Both the position numbers and the translations under genes were made by a program. This document shows positions 1 through 10,099 of a DNA stretch of 64,000 nt, piece by piece (position 1 is the stretch's first letter; each line of letters begins with the position of its first letter). The notes beneath the pieces were generated by a model that saw only the letters and a list, made by a program, of their open reading frames with translations, did no database searches and was not told the origin of the DNA. The stretch comes from an uncultured Acidimicrobiales bacterium. Its GTDB lineage: Bacteria > Actinomycetota > Acidimicrobiia > Acidimicrobiales > SHLQ01. The stretch is from positions 43,112-107,111 of the forward strand of contig CAZSYL010000002.1 in assembly GCA_964610745.1 (NCBI GenBank). Direction: 5' to 3'.

Positions 1-964
1 TCATGAATCCGAAGACCACCAGGTACAGCACTGCACTCGGGTCGACGAGGTTGCGGTCGACGAAGTTGCGGATTCCGTTGCCCCAAGCAGTGTCGGGAAG
101 AGCGACCGCAATGAGGTTGGGCAGGTACAAGACCGAGCTTGCGAAGATGATTGGGATAACACCCGACTGGTTGACCTTGAGCGGGATGTAGGTGCTCTGG
201 CCGCCGTACATCTTGCGACCAACAACACGCTTTGCGAAGTTGACCGGGATGCGGCGCTGACCGTTCTCGACGAACACGATGCCGACGAGCGAGATACCGA
301 GGATCACGCTGAATGCAACGATGGCGAGGATGCCTTCGTTGGTGTAGAGCGTGGAGAACTGTGCTGGGAACTGGCTCACGATCGAGGCAAAGATGATGAG
401 CGACATGCCGTTGCCGATGCCCTTCTGCGTGATGAGCTCGCCCATCCACATAACCAGCGCAGTGCCGGCGGTGAGGGTGAGGACAACGAGGAGCACGGTC
501 CAGACGTTGAACTTCGGCAGGAGGACGAATCCGCCACCGAGGCCGTCAGCCCGGTTGAAGAGGAAGGCGAAGCTGGTCGACTGAATGACCGCGATTCCAA
601 TGGTCATGTAGCGGGTCCACTGGGTGATCTTTCGCTGACCGACCGCTCCCTGCTGCTGCCATTGTTCGATACGTGGCACTACGACTCCGAGCACCTGCAT
701 GATGATCGACGCCGTAATGTACGGCAGCACACCGAGGGCGAAGATCGCAAACGTGGTGAGACCACCACCGGAGAACAACTGGACGTAGGCAAGAATGCCG
801 CCCTGCTGTTCAGAGTTCTCACGCAGCTGCTGGACGGCGAGGGTGTCGATTCCCGGAGCGGGAATGAACGAACCCAGGCGGTACAGGCCAAGCGCGAACA
901 GGGTGAACAGAATCTTGTTTCGAAGATCCGGAACCCGGAACATGTTTGCAATTCGTGAAAACAC
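1..964 (-). CDS. secY: Preprotein translocase subunit SecY, N-terminal ~321 codons; the gene runs off the left edge
   Basis: It is absent from the ORF track because no stop codon lies in the window. My translation from GTG at 964 gives VFSRIANMFRVPDLRNKILFT..., the canonical SecY N-terminus (compare B. subtilis MFKTISNFMRVSDIRNKIIFT, from memory). AGAGG lies about 7 nt upstream. The gene sits in the expected position downstream of rplO. Confidence 0.9.
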   Translation of the reverse strand, partial: MFSRIANMFRVPDLRNKILFTLFALGLYRLGSFIPAPGIDTLAVQQLRENSEQQGGILAYVQLFSGGGLTTFAIFALGVLPYITASIIMQVLGVVVPRIEQWQQQGAVGQRKITQWTRYMTIGIAVIQSTSFAFLFNRADGLGGGFVLLPKFNVWTVLLVVLTLTAGTALVMWMGELITQKGIGNGMSLIIFASIVSQFPAQFSTLYTNEGILAIVAFSVILGISLVGIVFVENGQRRIPVNFAKRVVGRKMYGGQSTYIPLKVNQSGVIPIIFASSVLYLPNLIAVALPDTAWGNGIRNFVDRNLVDPSAVLYLVVFGFM

Positions 965-1096
965 TTTGTGCCTCTCGCAAAAGTCGTATGTCTCAACGGT
1001 AGCCGCGCAATCGCCCAAGGGGGATTGCGCGTCTCTAAACAATCGGTAAAGGAATTCCGCGGTGAAGGTATGAGGTCCCGGCCTTCAGAGTTCCTT

Positions 1097-1136
1097 AAAA
1101 GCCCAAAAAGGCCGGTCTCGCATGGCGAGGCCGGCC
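1097..1136 (-). terminator. Stem-loop plus U-tract between rplO and secY (intrinsic terminator or attenuator candidate)
   Basis: On the minus strand the sequence reads GGCCGGCCTCG-CCATG-CGAGACCGGCC followed by TTTTTGGGCTTTT. This is an 11-bp stem with one G-U pair, 10 nt after the rplO stop. Confidence 0.55.
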
Positions 1137-1146
1137 AATCCAGGTA

Positions 1147-1650
1147 TTAACGGTTGGTGTGCTGGTTGCCCTTCGCAGGTGGCCGTGGGGAGTCGCCCCA
1201 TGGCTTTGGAAGGATCTCGATCGATCCGCCAGCAGCCGTGATGGCCTCTTCAGCGGTCTTGGAGAAGGCGTGTGCCTTTACCGTTACGGCGCTGGTGAGC
1301 TCGCCACGGCCGAGAATCTTGACCAGCGAGTTCTTGCCAACAAGACCCTGATCGCGCAGCGACTCGGGCGAAACGTCGGTCAGGCCGGTTTCGGCGATGG
1401 TGTCGAGGTTGATGCCCTGGTATTCAACCCGGAACGGGTTGGTGAAGCCGCGAAGCTTCGGGACACGCTTGTGGAGTGGCATCTGGCCACCCTCGAAACC
1501 AACGCGAACCTTGCCGCGACCACGGCTGTGCTGGCCCTTGGTACCGCGGCCAGCGGTCTTGCCGCCCTTGCCGCCAATACCTCGGCCCTTGCGCTGCTTG
1601 GGCTTGGTTGAACCCTCAGCGGGCTTGAGATCGTGAATCTTGATGGCCAT
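1147..1650 (-). CDS. rplO: 50S ribosomal protein L15
   Basis: These are the last 167 codons of the 297-aa track ORF, starting MAIKIHDLKPAEGSTKPKQRKGRGIGGKGGKTAGRGTKGQ (Gly/Lys-rich L15 N-terminus). The ATG at 1650 overlaps the rpmD stop (TAATG). The upstream part of the track ORF overlaps rpmD and rpsE in another frame. Confidence 0.95.
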   Translation of the reverse strand: MAIKIHDLKPAEGSTKPKQRKGRGIGGKGGKTAGRGTKGQHSRGRGKVRVGFEGGQMPLHKRVPKLRGFTNPFRVEYQGINLDTIAETGLTDVSPESLRDQGLVGKNSLVKILGRGELTSAVTVKAHAFSKTAEEAITAAGGSIEILPKPWGDSPRPPAKGNQHTNR

Positions 1651-1829
1651 TACGCCTCCTCGACAGAAACCAGGTGCGGCACCCGGCTGATCATGCCACG
1701 CACCTCGGGGGTGTCGGGCTTCGTGACGGTACGCCCAATTCGGCCGAGACCAAGCGCACGGATGGTCCCGCGCTGCTTTGGCTTGGTGCCGATGGTCGAA
1801 CGTATCTGAGTGATGTTGAGATCGGCCAT
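1650..1829 (-). CDS. rpmD: 50S ribosomal protein L30
   Basis: At 59 aa it falls below the track's size cutoff. My translation is MADLNITQIRSTIGTKPKQRGTIRALGLGRIGRTVTKPDTPEVRGMISRVPHLVSVEEA. It sits in the conserved slot between rpsE and rplO. Confidence 0.93.
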   Translation of the reverse strand: MADLNITQIRSTIGTKPKQRGTIRALGLGRIGRTVTKPDTPEVRGMISRVPHLVSVEEA

Positions 1830-1832
1830 GGT

Positions 1833-2465
1833 TTATGACTCCGTTCGGGTACCAGCCGAAGCTGGGTCCTTCGCGTCTCGTTCGGATTCCTTGTAGGCCG
1901 TAAGCAGGCCGGTAGGAACGAACTCTTCTGGATCGAGGCCACGGAGGCGAGCAATCTCGTCGGGGCGCTTGAGGTCGCGAAGACCCGCAATCGTCGCACG
2001 GGCAACGTTGATGTGGTTCGGCGACCCGAGAGACTTGCAAAGCACGTCCTGGATGCCGGCCTCTTCGAGGATGGCACGAGCAGCACCACCCGCGATGACG
2101 CCGGTACCGGGAGCTGCAGGCTTGAGCAGAACACTGCCGGCGCCCATCTGGCCAAGTATCGGGTGAACAATGGTCGTTCCGGCAAGAGGCACCGAAAAGA
2201 GGTTGCGCTTTGCTTCCTCTGTGCCCTTCTGGATGGCAAGTGGAACTTCCTTTGCCTTTCCGTATCCAAGACCGACCTGGCCTGCGCCGTCGCCGATCAC
2301 CACGAGTGCAGTGAAGCTGAATCGACGGCCACCCTTGACGACCTTGGCAACGCGGTTGATGTTGATCACGCGGGAGTCGCGCAGACCACCCTCGTTCTCT
2401 CGATCATTGTTGCGTCCACCACGATCGTTACGGTCGTTGCGGTTGTTGTTGTTTTCGTACGCCAT
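1833..2465 (-). CDS. rpsE: 30S ribosomal protein S5 with an Asn/Arg/Asp-rich N-terminal extension
   Basis: Track ORF of 210 aa. The core [23 protein letters not shown]...[15 protein letters not shown] is typical S5. Operon order supports the call. Confidence 0.97.
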   Translation of the reverse strand: MAYENNNNRNDRNDRGGRNNDRENEGGLRDSRVININRVAKVVKGGRRFSFTALVVIGDGAGQVGLGYGKAKEVPLAIQKGTEEAKRNLFSVPLAGTTIVHPILGQMGAGSVLLKPAAPGTGVIAGGAARAILEEAGIQDVLCKSLGSPNHINVARATIAGLRDLKRPDEIARLRGLDPEEFVPTGLLTAYKESERDAKDPASAGTRTES

Positions 2466-2830
2466 CAGAACTCCAGTCCTGCGTCGCGGGCAGCGTCGGC
2501 CAAAGCAGCGACACGTCCGTGGTAGAGGTTGCCGCCGCGATCGAACACGACGGTATTGATTCCAGCGGCCTTGGCCCGCTCAGCAACAGCTGTGCCGACC
2601 TTGCTGGCTGCATCGACCGTGTTGCCACGACCATCCCAGCCCTTTTCAACCGTGGATGCGGCCGCAACCGTGGTTCCCGCAACGTCATCGATGACCTGGG
2701 CCACGATGTGCTTGTTCGAACGGAACACAGCCAAGCGTGGACGCTCGGCGGTTCCCTGAACCTGCTTGCGAATTCGGTAGTGACGACGCTGACGCTGGCG
2801 GCGGCGTTCGGCAGAAACGTTCTTTGCCAT
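2465..2830 (-). CDS. rplR: 50S ribosomal protein L18
   Basis: Track ORF of 121 aa, reading [35 protein letters not shown]...[22 protein letters not shown]. It has 1-nt overlaps with both neighbouring genes. Confidence 0.97.
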   Translation of the reverse strand: MAKNVSAERRRQRQRRHYRIRKQVQGTAERPRLAVFRSNKHIVAQVIDDVAGTTVAAASTVEKGWDGRGNTVDAASKVGTAVAERAKAAGINTVVFDRGGNLYHGRVAALADAARDAGLEF

Positions 2831-3369
2831 TACTTCGCCTGCTTTCCGGCCTTGCGGATAATCCGCTCGCCCTCGTACTTAATGCCCTTACCCTTGTAGG
2901 GCTCTGGCTTGCGCCACTTGCGAATGTCAGCAGCGACCTGGCCAACGAGCTGTTTGTCGATGCCCTTGACGATGATCTCGGTCTGCTGAGGAACTTCGAA
3001 CTCGATGCCCTCAGGTGCCTTGATGTGGACCGGATGACTAAAGCCAAGCTGCATCTCGAGAGCATCTTTGCCCTTGGCAGCAGCACGGTAACCAACGCCG
3101 ACGATCTCGAGCTTCTTGGTGAAGCCGTCGCTGACGCCGATAATCATGTTGCTAACAAGCGTGCGTGCAAGACCGTGCATGGCCTTGTTGTCTCCGCTGT
3201 CATTCGGTCGAACAAGAGTGACGACGCCGTCGTCGATCGAACCGGTGATCTCGCCTGGAAGCGTGATCTGCAGTTCGCCCTTGCTTCCCTTGACCGCAAC
3301 ATCGGTGCCACTGATGGTGACATCGACGCCGCTAGGCACGGGGATAGGTGTGTTTCCAATGCGTGACAT
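2830..3369 (-). CDS. rplF: 50S ribosomal protein L6
   Basis: Track ORF of 179 aa, starting [21 protein letters not shown]... and ending ...[22 protein letters not shown]. Confidence 0.97.
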   Translation of the reverse strand: MSRIGNTPIPVPSGVDVTISGTDVAVKGSKGELQITLPGEITGSIDDGVVTLVRPNDSGDNKAMHGLARTLVSNMIIGVSDGFTKKLEIVGVGYRAAAKGKDALEMQLGFSHPVHIKAPEGIEFEVPQQTEIIVKGIDKQLVGQVAADIRKWRKPEPYKGKGIKYEGERIIRKAGKQAK

Positions 3370-3377
3370 CGCTGCTC

Positions 3378-3782
3378 CTACCAGACGTAGGCGAGCACCT
3401 CGCCGCCAATACGGCGGCGACGGGCTTCGCGATCGGTCATGAGGCCACGGTTGGTCGACAGTACGGCCACGCCGAGACCGCCGAGCACACGTGGTACCTC
3501 GTTGGACTTTTTGTACACGCGGAGGCCGGGCTTGCTTACTCGGGTAATGCCCGAGATCACACGCTTGCGCTCCGGTGAGTACTTCATGTCGATGCTGAGG
3601 ACGCGTCCGGGGCCGGACTCGTTATCTGCAACGGTGTAGTTGGTGATGTAGCCCTCGCTCTTGAGTAGCTCTGCGAGCGTCTCCTTGAGCTTGCTGGACG
3701 GCATCGAAACGTCGTCATGCATGGCGGTGTTCGCGTTACGAACACGCGTCAGCATGTCGGCGATGGGGTCGGTCATTGTCAT
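3378..3782 (-). CDS. rpsH: 30S ribosomal protein S8
   Basis: I trimmed the track ORF (3378-3839) to the ATG at 3782 ([17 protein letters not shown], canonical S8 start). GGAAGGAG lies 7 nt upstream. The longer ORF would overlap rpsN. Confidence 0.95.
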   Translation of the reverse strand: MTMTDPIADMLTRVRNANTAMHDDVSMPSSKLKETLAELLKSEGYITNYTVADNESGPGRVLSIDMKYSPERKRVISGITRVSKPGLRVYKKSNEVPRVLGGLGVAVLSTNRGLMTDREARRRRIGGEVLAYVW

Positions 3783-3798
3783 GGTTGTTCTCCTTCCC

Positions 3799-3984
3799 CT
3801 ACCAGCTGGCCTTCTTGAGACCAGGAATCTCGCCCGCATGTCCCATTTCTCGGAGACAGATACGGCACAGGCCGAACTTCTTGTACACGCTGCGAGGACG
3901 CCCGCATACGCGGCATCGTGTGTAGCCGCGAACCTTGAACTTCGGAGTCTTCTGTTGCTTGTTGATCAGCGCCTTCTTTGCCAT
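3799..3984 (-). CDS. rpsN: 30S ribosomal protein S14, short zinc-binding type Z
   Basis: The 61-aa protein carries CRVCGRP...CRICLRE, two CxxC pairs, and ends ...GLKKASW. Confidence 0.95.
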   Translation of the reverse strand: MAKKALINKQQKTPKFKVRGYTRCRVCGRPRSVYKKFGLCRICLREMGHAGEIPGLKKASW

Positions 3985-4550
3985 TACTGGCCTTCCTTCC
4001 GGAATGGAAATCCAAATGCATCGAGCAGCGCACGGCCGTGCTCGTTGTTCACTGCGGTCGTCACGATCGTGATGTCCATGCCGCGTACGGTGTCGACATC
4101 GTCGTAGTTGATCTCGGGGAAGATCAACTGTTCGGTTACACCGAAGGTGTAGTTGCCACGACCGTCAAAGCTCTTTGTTGGGAGCCCACGGAAGTCTCGA
4201 ATACGTGGCGTTGCCAGCGAGATGAGACGGTCGAGGAACTCGTACATGCGATCGCCACGCAAGGTCACCCGAGCGCCGATCGTCTGGCCTTCACGAAGTT
4301 TGAAGCTTGCAATGCTCTTCTTGGCCTTGGTCACCGAGGGCTTTTGGCCAGTGATGATCGACAGGTCCGTCAGGGCCCCTTCGATCGCCTTCTTGTTGAT
4401 TGCAGCCTGTCCGACACCCATGTTGACCGAGATCTTCTCGAGCCTTGGGACCATCATGACGTTCGGGAGATCGAGGTCGGCTTTCAGCTGGCCCTGAATC
4501 TCGTTGTAGTACTGCGCCTTCAGCGTTGGGATCATCGTTGCGGTTGCCAT
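3984..4550 (-). CDS. rplE: 50S ribosomal protein L5
   Basis: Track ORF of 188 aa, containing [13 protein letters not shown]...[20 protein letters not shown]. Confidence 0.97.
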   Translation of the reverse strand: MATATMIPTLKAQYYNEIQGQLKADLDLPNVMMVPRLEKISVNMGVGQAAINKKAIEGALTDLSIITGQKPSVTKAKKSIASFKLREGQTIGARVTLRGDRMYEFLDRLISLATPRIRDFRGLPTKSFDGRGNYTFGVTEQLIFPEINYDDVDTVRGMDITIVTTAVNNEHGRALLDAFGFPFRKEGQ

Positions 4551-4858
4551 CAGAGTTCTGCTCCTGTGCGCTTGCAGACCCGCACCTTGGTGCCATCGGT
4601 CAGGAACTTGTAGCCAACGCGGGTCGGCTTTCCGTCCTTGGGACTGAGGATGGCGACGTTGCTGACATGCAGTGGCATGTTCTTGTCGATGATGCCGCCA
4701 GGGTTACCTTCGCCGAGGGGGCGCTGGTGCTTCTTTGCGAGGTTGACACCTTCGATAACGACGGTGTTCTTTGCGGGGTAGGCCTGAGTGACCTCACCCT
4801 CCTTGCCACGATCCTTGCCTGCGAGGACACGGACCTGATCACCTTTTTGAATCTTCAT
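4550..4858 (-). CDS. rplX: 50S ribosomal protein L24
   Basis: Track ORF of 102 aa. [23 protein letters not shown] is a KOW motif. Confidence 0.96.
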   Translation of the reverse strand: MKIQKGDQVRVLAGKDRGKEGEVTQAYPAKNTVVIEGVNLAKKHQRPLGEGNPGGIIDKNMPLHVSNVAILSPKDGKPTRVGYKFLTDGTKVRVCKRTGAEL

Positions 4859-5226
4859 TAGAGGACCTCCGGTGCCAACGACACGATTCGCATGAACTTG
4901 TTGTCACGAAGCTCACGACCAACCGGGCCGAAGATGCGGGTTCCACGCGGCTGGTTGTTCTCGTTGATGAGCACAGCTGCGTTTTCATCGAAACGGATGT
5001 AGCTGCCATCCGGGCGACGAATTTCCTTCTTGACACGGACGACGACGCACTTGACGACCTCGCCCTTCTTTACAGCAGCGCCAGGGTTTGCGTCCTTGAC
5101 GGTTGCGACGATGACATCGCCGATGCTTGCGTAGCGGCGGCGGGTTCCGCCAAGGACCTTGATGCACAGAATCTCACGTGCACCAGAGTTGTCGGCGACC
5201 TTGAGTCGACTCTCTTGTTGAATCAT
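4858..5226 (-). CDS. rplN: 50S ribosomal protein L14
   Basis: Track ORF of 122 aa, [27 protein letters not shown]..., highly conserved L14. Confidence 0.98.
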   Translation of the reverse strand: MIQQESRLKVADNSGAREILCIKVLGGTRRRYASIGDVIVATVKDANPGAAVKKGEVVKCVVVRVKKEIRRPDGSYIRFDENAAVLINENNQPRGTRIFGPVGRELRDNKFMRIVSLAPEVL

Positions 5227-5525
5227 TAGCGAGCCCTCTCGATGATCTCGACGAGACGCCAGCGCTTCTTCTTCGACAGCGGACGAGTTTCTTGAATGCG
5301 TACCCGGTCGCCGATGTTTGCGTCGTTGTTCTCATCGTGGGCGAACAGCTTGGTGCTGCGCTGCACGGTCTTTGCGTAACGGCGATGACGCACACGATCG
5401 ATCGACTCGATCACTGCGGTCTTGTCCATTCCGGTCGAGACCACCACGCCCTCGCGGACCTTGCGGGGATTCTCGCGTACGCCGTCTGATGCTTCAGTTT
5501 CGGCAGGTGTTGTCGCGTCGCTCAT
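5226..5525 (-). CDS. rpsQ: 30S ribosomal protein S17
   Basis: Track ORF of 99 aa, containing [40 protein letters not shown]. Confidence 0.96.
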   Translation of the reverse strand: MSDATTPAETEASDGVRENPRKVREGVVVSTGMDKTAVIESIDRVRHRRYAKTVQRSTKLFAHDENNDANIGDRVRIQETRPLSKKKRWRLVEIIERAR

Positions 5526-5755
5526 GATGCGACCTCCTCTTCAACGTCTTGTTCTTCAGCCGCTGCAATCTCGCGGGCTCGGATCTCGGTGAGAGCCCGA
5601 GCCTTCTCCTTGCGAACCTGTCCAAGACGGGCTGAGCTGGTGAGCTGTCCCGTTGCGTTCTGGAAACGCAGGTTGAACAGCTCATCGGAAACTTCGTCGA
5701 GATGATCGAGGAGATCTCCATAGGACATCTCCGCAAGCTTCTTCTTTTTCGCCAT
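5522..5755 (-). CDS. rpmC: 50S ribosomal protein L29
   Basis: Track ORF of 77 aa, containing [14 protein letters not shown]. It lies between rplP and rpsQ. Confidence 0.93.
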   Translation of the reverse strand: MAKKKKLAEMSYGDLLDHLDEVSDELFNLRFQNATGQLTSSARLGQVRKEKARALTEIRAREIAAAEEQDVEEEVAS

Positions 5756-6171
5756 TAGAAGCCCTCCTCACGCTTTACGAACTTGCACTTGATCGGCAGC
5801 TTCTGGATCGCACGATCAATTGCTTCCCGAGCAACCTCTTCGTCGTGGAACGACAGCTCGAACATGACCTTGCCTGGGCGTACAACCGCGACCCAACGCT
5901 CCGGGTTGCCCTTGCCTGAACCCATACGGGTCTCGGCTGGCTTCTCGGTCACTGGCTTGTCGGGAAACACGTTGATCCAGACCTTGCCGCCACGCTTGAT
6001 GTGACGGGTCATGGCAATACGTGAAGCTTCGATCTGGCGAGCGGTGATCCAACCTGGCTCGAGAGCCTGGAGACCATAATCGCCGAACGTTACTTCGGTG
6101 CCGCCCTTTGCGTTTCCACGCATGCGGCCACGATGGTGCTTTCGGTGTGCAACCTTGCGGGGCATCAACAT
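5755..6171 (-). CDS. rplP: 50S ribosomal protein L16
   Basis: Track ORF of 138 aa, [25 protein letters not shown]...[13 protein letters not shown]. Confidence 0.98.
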   Translation of the reverse strand: MLMPRKVAHRKHHRGRMRGNAKGGTEVTFGDYGLQALEPGWITARQIEASRIAMTRHIKRGGKVWINVFPDKPVTEKPAETRMGSGKGNPERWVAVVRPGKVMFELSFHDEEVAREAIDRAIQKLPIKCKFVKREEGF

Positions 6172-6185
6172 TTTGGTACCTGCTC

Positions 6186-7100
6186 TCAGTCCGCGTCGCC
6201 GGGACGGAAGTTGGGTGTCTCGTCCTTGTCGCGGAGCGAGGCTTCGATTGCCTCTTCCTCGGCGAGGAGCTTCTCAAACTCTGGGTCAGCAGCTGGAACC
6301 AGCGGCTGTTCCTCGGTCGGTGCTGCTGCGACCTCTTCGGTTGCCTCGGGCTTGCGAGGAGCCGATGGGCTCGACACAACCTGGCGTGGCTTGTTCTGTC
6401 CGGACGTCTCGCCCACTGCCATTGCAGCCTCGCGGGTGATCTTGTCCTGCGCTTCGCTCTTGTATGGAAGACGGTCGCCGGTGTAGATCCACACCTTGAC
6501 GCCGATTCGACCAGCGGCGGTATGTGCTTCGCGGAAGCCGTAATCGATCTCGGCGCGTAGCGTGTGCAGCGGCACCTGACCTTCGCGGTACCACTCACGG
6601 CGAGCCATTTCCGAACCACCGAGGCGGCCAGACGTCTGGACTCGAATACCGAGTGCCCCGGCCTTCTGGGCGTTCTGGACAGCACGCTTCATTGCACGAC
6701 GGAAAGCGACACGGCCCTGGAGCTGGTCGGCAACGCCCTGTGCAATGAGTGCGGCGTCGAGCTCAGGAGTCTTGATCTCCTGAATGTTCAGCTGCACCTT
6801 GTTGTTGCCGGTGATCTTTGCCAATCCCTGGCGAAGACGATCGGCTTCAGCGCCCTTGCGGCCAATGACGATTCCTGGGCGTGCGGTGTGCACGTCGACG
6901 CGAAGGCTGTCACGGCTGGACTTGCGCTCGATCTCGATCCGGCTGATCGCAGCATGAGGGAGATCCTTCATGACGAACTTGCGGATGTTCGAGTCTTCGA
7001 TGATGAAGTTGGCGTAGTCCTCGCGGCTGGCGAACCAACGGCTCTTCCAGTCGGTGGTGATACCGAGGCGGAAGCCGTAGGGGTTGATCTTTTGACCCAT
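6186..7100 (-). CDS. rpsC: 30S ribosomal protein S3 with a ~70-aa acidic/Pro-rich C-terminal extension
   Basis: Track ORF of 304 aa. The N-terminus [24 protein letters not shown] is canonical S3. The tail is low-complexity. Confidence 0.97.
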   Translation of the reverse strand: MGQKINPYGFRLGITTDWKSRWFASREDYANFIIEDSNIRKFVMKDLPHAAISRIEIERKSSRDSLRVDVHTARPGIVIGRKGAEADRLRQGLAKITGNNKVQLNIQEIKTPELDAALIAQGVADQLQGRVAFRRAMKRAVQNAQKAGALGIRVQTSGRLGGSEMARREWYREGQVPLHTLRAEIDYGFREAHTAAGRIGVKVWIYTGDRLPYKSEAQDKITREAAMAVGETSGQNKPRQVVSSPSAPRKPEATEEVAAAPTEEQPLVPAADPEFEKLLAEEEAIEASLRDKDETPNFRPGDAD

Positions 7101-7103
7101 GAA

Positions 7104-7940
7104 TTACTCTTCCTCTTCTTCCGAATCGCTCGAACCATCAAGGCCGGCATCGGTAGTAGGTGCGGCGTCATCCTCCGACGCTGCGGACTTGGCTTTGGTA
7201 CCGGCCTCGATGAAGCCTGCAGCTTCAGCCGATGCAGTGTCTGCGAACCAGACTTCAGCAACCGTTTGTTCGTACCAACGACCGTCAGGCTGGTGGTACT
7301 TTGCGGAGTTGGCGTTGCCCTTGATTGGGAAACCCTCGGGCATGGACTCGTCGTCGAGTGCCTTGTGGCTTCCGTCGCCGTACGGCTCGTCAAGGGACAG
7401 GTCTGCCTCGAGCGGATGGGGAATTTCACCAGCGTCATCGGCTGAAGTCTCGGTGACCTCGTCTTCGGCTGGAGCATCTTCGCCCTTGGACTTTGCGACA
7501 CGTGCGGCACGGTCGGCCTTTGGCGCCGAAGCAGAGCCACGACGCTCGGCGCGGTTGCGGCGAACCTCGAGCTTGTCGTCGTCCATCCGAGACACGATGA
7601 GCGTGATGTGGCAGGTGCGCTTGCGAATGCGGGTGGCGCGGCCACGAGCACGTGGGCGCCAACGCTTCATGGTTGGACCTTCGTCGGCGTAGCACGCCGA
7701 GACGAAGAGCTCGTCGGCATCCTGGAGATCGTTGTGCTCGGCGTTCGCAACAGCCGAGTCGAGCAGCTTGCTGATCGGCTCGGCAATGCCGCGTTCGGCC
7801 AACGTCAGGTAGTCAGCAGCGTCCGCAACGTGCAGACCACGGATCTCATTGAGCACTTCGCGGGCCTTGTAGGCCGACGCTCGCACATGTTTGACCGACG
7901 CCCGGGTACCCGGACGCTCGTTGGTCTTTGGACCGGTCAT
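7104..7940 (-). CDS. rplV: 50S ribosomal protein L22 fused to a ~160-aa C-terminal extension
   Basis: Track ORF of 278 aa. Residues 1-~118 form the L22 core ([16 protein letters not shown]...[26 protein letters not shown]). The extension contains [39 protein letters not shown] and ends SDSEEEEE. Confidence 0.95.
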   Translation of the reverse strand: MTGPKTNERPGTRASVKHVRASAYKAREVLNEIRGLHVADAADYLTLAERGIAEPISKLLDSAVANAEHNDLQDADELFVSACYADEGPTMKRWRPRARGRATRIRKRTCHITLIVSRMDDDKLEVRRNRAERRGSASAPKADRAARVAKSKGEDAPAEDEVTETSADDAGEIPHPLEADLSLDEPYGDGSHKALDDESMPEGFPIKGNANSAKYHQPDGRWYEQTVAEVWFADTASAEAAGFIEAGTKAKSAASEDDAAPTTDAGLDGSSDSEEEEE

Positions 7941-8215
7941 CGACGCGCTCCTCGCTCTTGTCCGGCGTGGAACTTGAAGGTTCGCGTTGGAGCGAACTCA
8001 CCAAGCTTGTGGCCAACCATCGACTCGGTGACATACACCGGGACGTGCTTGCGTCCGTCGTGCACAGCCAGCGTGTGGCCGAGCATGTCAGGAATAATGG
8101 TGGAGCGACGTGACCAGGTCTTGATGACCTGCTTTTCGCTCTTCTCGTTGAGTGCGTCGACCTTCTTGAGCAGATGCTCATCGACGAACGGGCCCTTCTT
8201 CAGGCTGCGTGGCAT
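7937..8215 (-). CDS. rpsS: 30S ribosomal protein S19
   Basis: Track ORF of 92 aa, [19 protein letters not shown]...[19 protein letters not shown]. Confidence 0.98.
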   Translation of the reverse strand: MPRSLKKGPFVDEHLLKKVDALNEKSEKQVIKTWSRRSTIIPDMLGHTLAVHDGRKHVPVYVTESMVGHKLGEFAPTRTFKFHAGQERGARR

Positions 8216-8227
8216 GGTTCGTTACCC

Positions 8228-9064
8228 CTAACGACGCGATCCGCGCTTGCGGCGTCGGCGAATAATCATCTGATCGGACTGCTTCTTATCTGAACGGGTA
8301 CGCATTTCTGGCTTGCCCCAAGGGGAAACCGGATGGCGACCACCCGAGGTCTTACCTTCACCACCACCGTGGGGGTGATCGACCGGGTTCATGGCAACAC
8401 CGCGTGTCTGGGGGCGAACGCCCTTCCAGCGGTTGCGGCCAGCCTTACCGATCTTGATGAGCTCGTGCTCGGCATTGCCAACAACACCAACGGTTGCACG
8501 GCCATCGATTGGGACACGGCGCATTTCGGTGCTCGGGAGGCGGAGGATGGCATATGGACCGTCCTTTGCCACGAGCTGAACGCTCGATCCAGCCGAACGG
8601 CTGATCTTGCCGCCGCCACCTGGTGAGAGCTCGACGTTGTGCACCGTTGTACCGACCGGGATGTAGCGAAGCGGAAGGCTGTTTCCAGGCTTGATCTCGC
8701 TGCCTTGGCCGTTCTGCAGGACCTCGCCGACGCCGACACCTTCAGGGGCCAGAACGTAGGACTTGTGTCCGTCGTAGTAATGCAGGAGCAGGATGCGACA
8801 GTTGCGGTTCGGGTCGTACTCGACGGCCGCGACCTTTGCTGGAACGCCATCCTTGTTCCGACGGAAGTCGATCTTGCGATACTGCTTCTTGTGGCCGCCA
8901 CCGCGGTGACGGCTGGTCTTGCGACCGTAACTGTTACGACCACCGGTGCGGGACTTGCTCTCGAGAAGTGACTTCTCGGGAGTTGTCTTGGTGATTTCGG
9001 AGAAGTCCGACGATGTCTGGAAACGACGTCCGGGACTTGTGGGCTTGCGCTTACGAAGAGCCAT
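8228..9064 (-). CDS. rplB: 50S ribosomal protein L2
   Basis: Track ORF of 278 aa, containing [35 protein letters not shown]. Confidence 0.98.
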   Translation of the reverse strand: MALRKRKPTSPGRRFQTSSDFSEITKTTPEKSLLESKSRTGGRNSYGRKTSRHRGGGHKKQYRKIDFRRNKDGVPAKVAAVEYDPNRNCRILLLHYYDGHKSYVLAPEGVGVGEVLQNGQGSEIKPGNSLPLRYIPVGTTVHNVELSPGGGGKISRSAGSSVQLVAKDGPYAILRLPSTEMRRVPIDGRATVGVVGNAEHELIKIGKAGRNRWKGVRPQTRGVAMNPVDHPHGGGEGKTSGGRHPVSPWGKPEMRTRSDKKQSDQMIIRRRRKRGSRR

Positions 9065-9070
9065 GGATCA

Positions 9071-9364
9071 TCACACCTCGAACAGGTCGATTTCGTAGCC
9101 ATCGGCGAGCGTGACCATTGCTCGCTTGACATCTGAGCGCTTGCCGAACGTTCCGTTGCGGTTATTGCGCTTGCGCTTTCCCTTACGGTTCAGCGTGTTC
9201 ACCTTGAGGACCTCGACTTCGAAAAGAGTCTCGACGGCCTTCTTGATCTCGGGCTTTGAAGCATCCGGAGCAACGGTGAAGGTGTAGACGTTGTCTTCGA
9301 GCAGGGCATAGCTCTTCTCGGAAACAACGGGGGCGATGAGTACATCGCGGAGATCAACAGCCAT
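9071..9364 (-). CDS. rplW: 50S ribosomal protein L23
   Basis: Track ORF of 97 aa, containing [23 protein letters not shown]...[16 protein letters not shown]. Confidence 0.95.
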   Translation of the reverse strand: MAVDLRDVLIAPVVSEKSYALLEDNVYTFTVAPDASKPEIKKAVETLFEVEVLKVNTLNRKGKRKRNNRNGTFGKRSDVKRAMVTLADGYEIDLFEV

Positions 9365-9367
9365 GTG

Positions 9368-10099
9368 TTACTCCTCCTCTTCGGTGGTTGCCGCCGACGC
9401 CGATGCGTCGTCTGCGGAAGTTTCAGCAGGTGCGGGTGCAGAGTCTTGACGAGCTGGAGCAGACTTCTTGGCCTTTGGCGCAGCGTCGGCGACAGGAAGA
9501 GCATCCTTGCTAAACACGACAGTGTCGGAGACGAGCACGTCGTAAGCATTCAGTTCGCCCGACGGCAGAACGTGAACGTTCTGGATGTTTCGGAAGCTGA
9601 GCGCAACGTTTGCGTCATCTTCGTGAAGCACCAAAAGGATGCGACCTTCGTTCGCGAGACCGAGATCGGCGATTGCCTTGGCAGCCTCGGCGGTCTTTGG
9701 CGTATCGAAGTTGAAAGAATCGACCACGACGACCTTGCCGTCAGCTGCACGATCGGACAATGCCGATGCGAGTGCGAGCTTGATCATCTTCTTTGGGGTC
9801 TTCTGGCTGTAGTCACGAGGCTTTGGGCCGTGAGCAATACCGCCGCCACGCCACTGCGGCGAGCGGATCGAACCCTGACGTGCTCGGCCGGTGCCCTTCT
9901 GACGCCATGGCTTTGCACCACCGCCACGCCGTTCGGCGCGGGTTTTCGTGGAGTGGGTTCCAGCACGACGAGCCGCGAGCTGTGCGGTAACGACTTGGTG
10001 CATGACCGAGACGTTGGGCTCAATGCCGAAGAGGTGATCGGGCAGATCGGCGGTTCCCGCCTTCTTGCCCGCGACGGAGGTGACGTCGACAGATGCCAT
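9368..10099 (-). CDS. rplD: 50S ribosomal protein L4 with an acidic/Ala-rich C-terminal tail
   Basis: Track ORF of 243 aa, containing RRGGGAKPWRQKGTGRARQGSIRSPQWRGGGIAHGPKPRDY. The tail ends ATTEEEE. Confidence 0.97.
   Translation of the reverse strand: MASVDVTSVAGKKAGTADLPDHLFGIEPNVSVMHQVVTAQLAARRAGTHSTKTRAERRGGGAKPWRQKGTGRARQGSIRSPQWRGGGIAHGPKPRDYSQKTPKKMIKLALASALSDRAADGKVVVVDSFNFDTPKTAEAAKAIADLGLANEGRILLVLHEDDANVALSFRNIQNVHVLPSGELNAYDVLVSDTVVFSKDALPVADAAPKAKKSAPARQDSAPAPAETSADDASASAATTEEEE

Noticed and set aside
1147-2040. 297-aa track ORF suggesting a much longer L15
   Set aside because: Only the last 167 codons are L15. The upstream 130 codons overlap rpmD and rpsE in a different frame and are Arg/Pro-rich nonsense.
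5816-7445. Long ORFs overlapping rplP, rpsC and rplV (5816-6685 minus, 289 aa; 6564-7445 plus, 293 aa)
   Set aside because: They are out-of-frame or antisense to unmistakable ribosomal protein genes. The products are Arg/Ser/Pro-rich nonsense.
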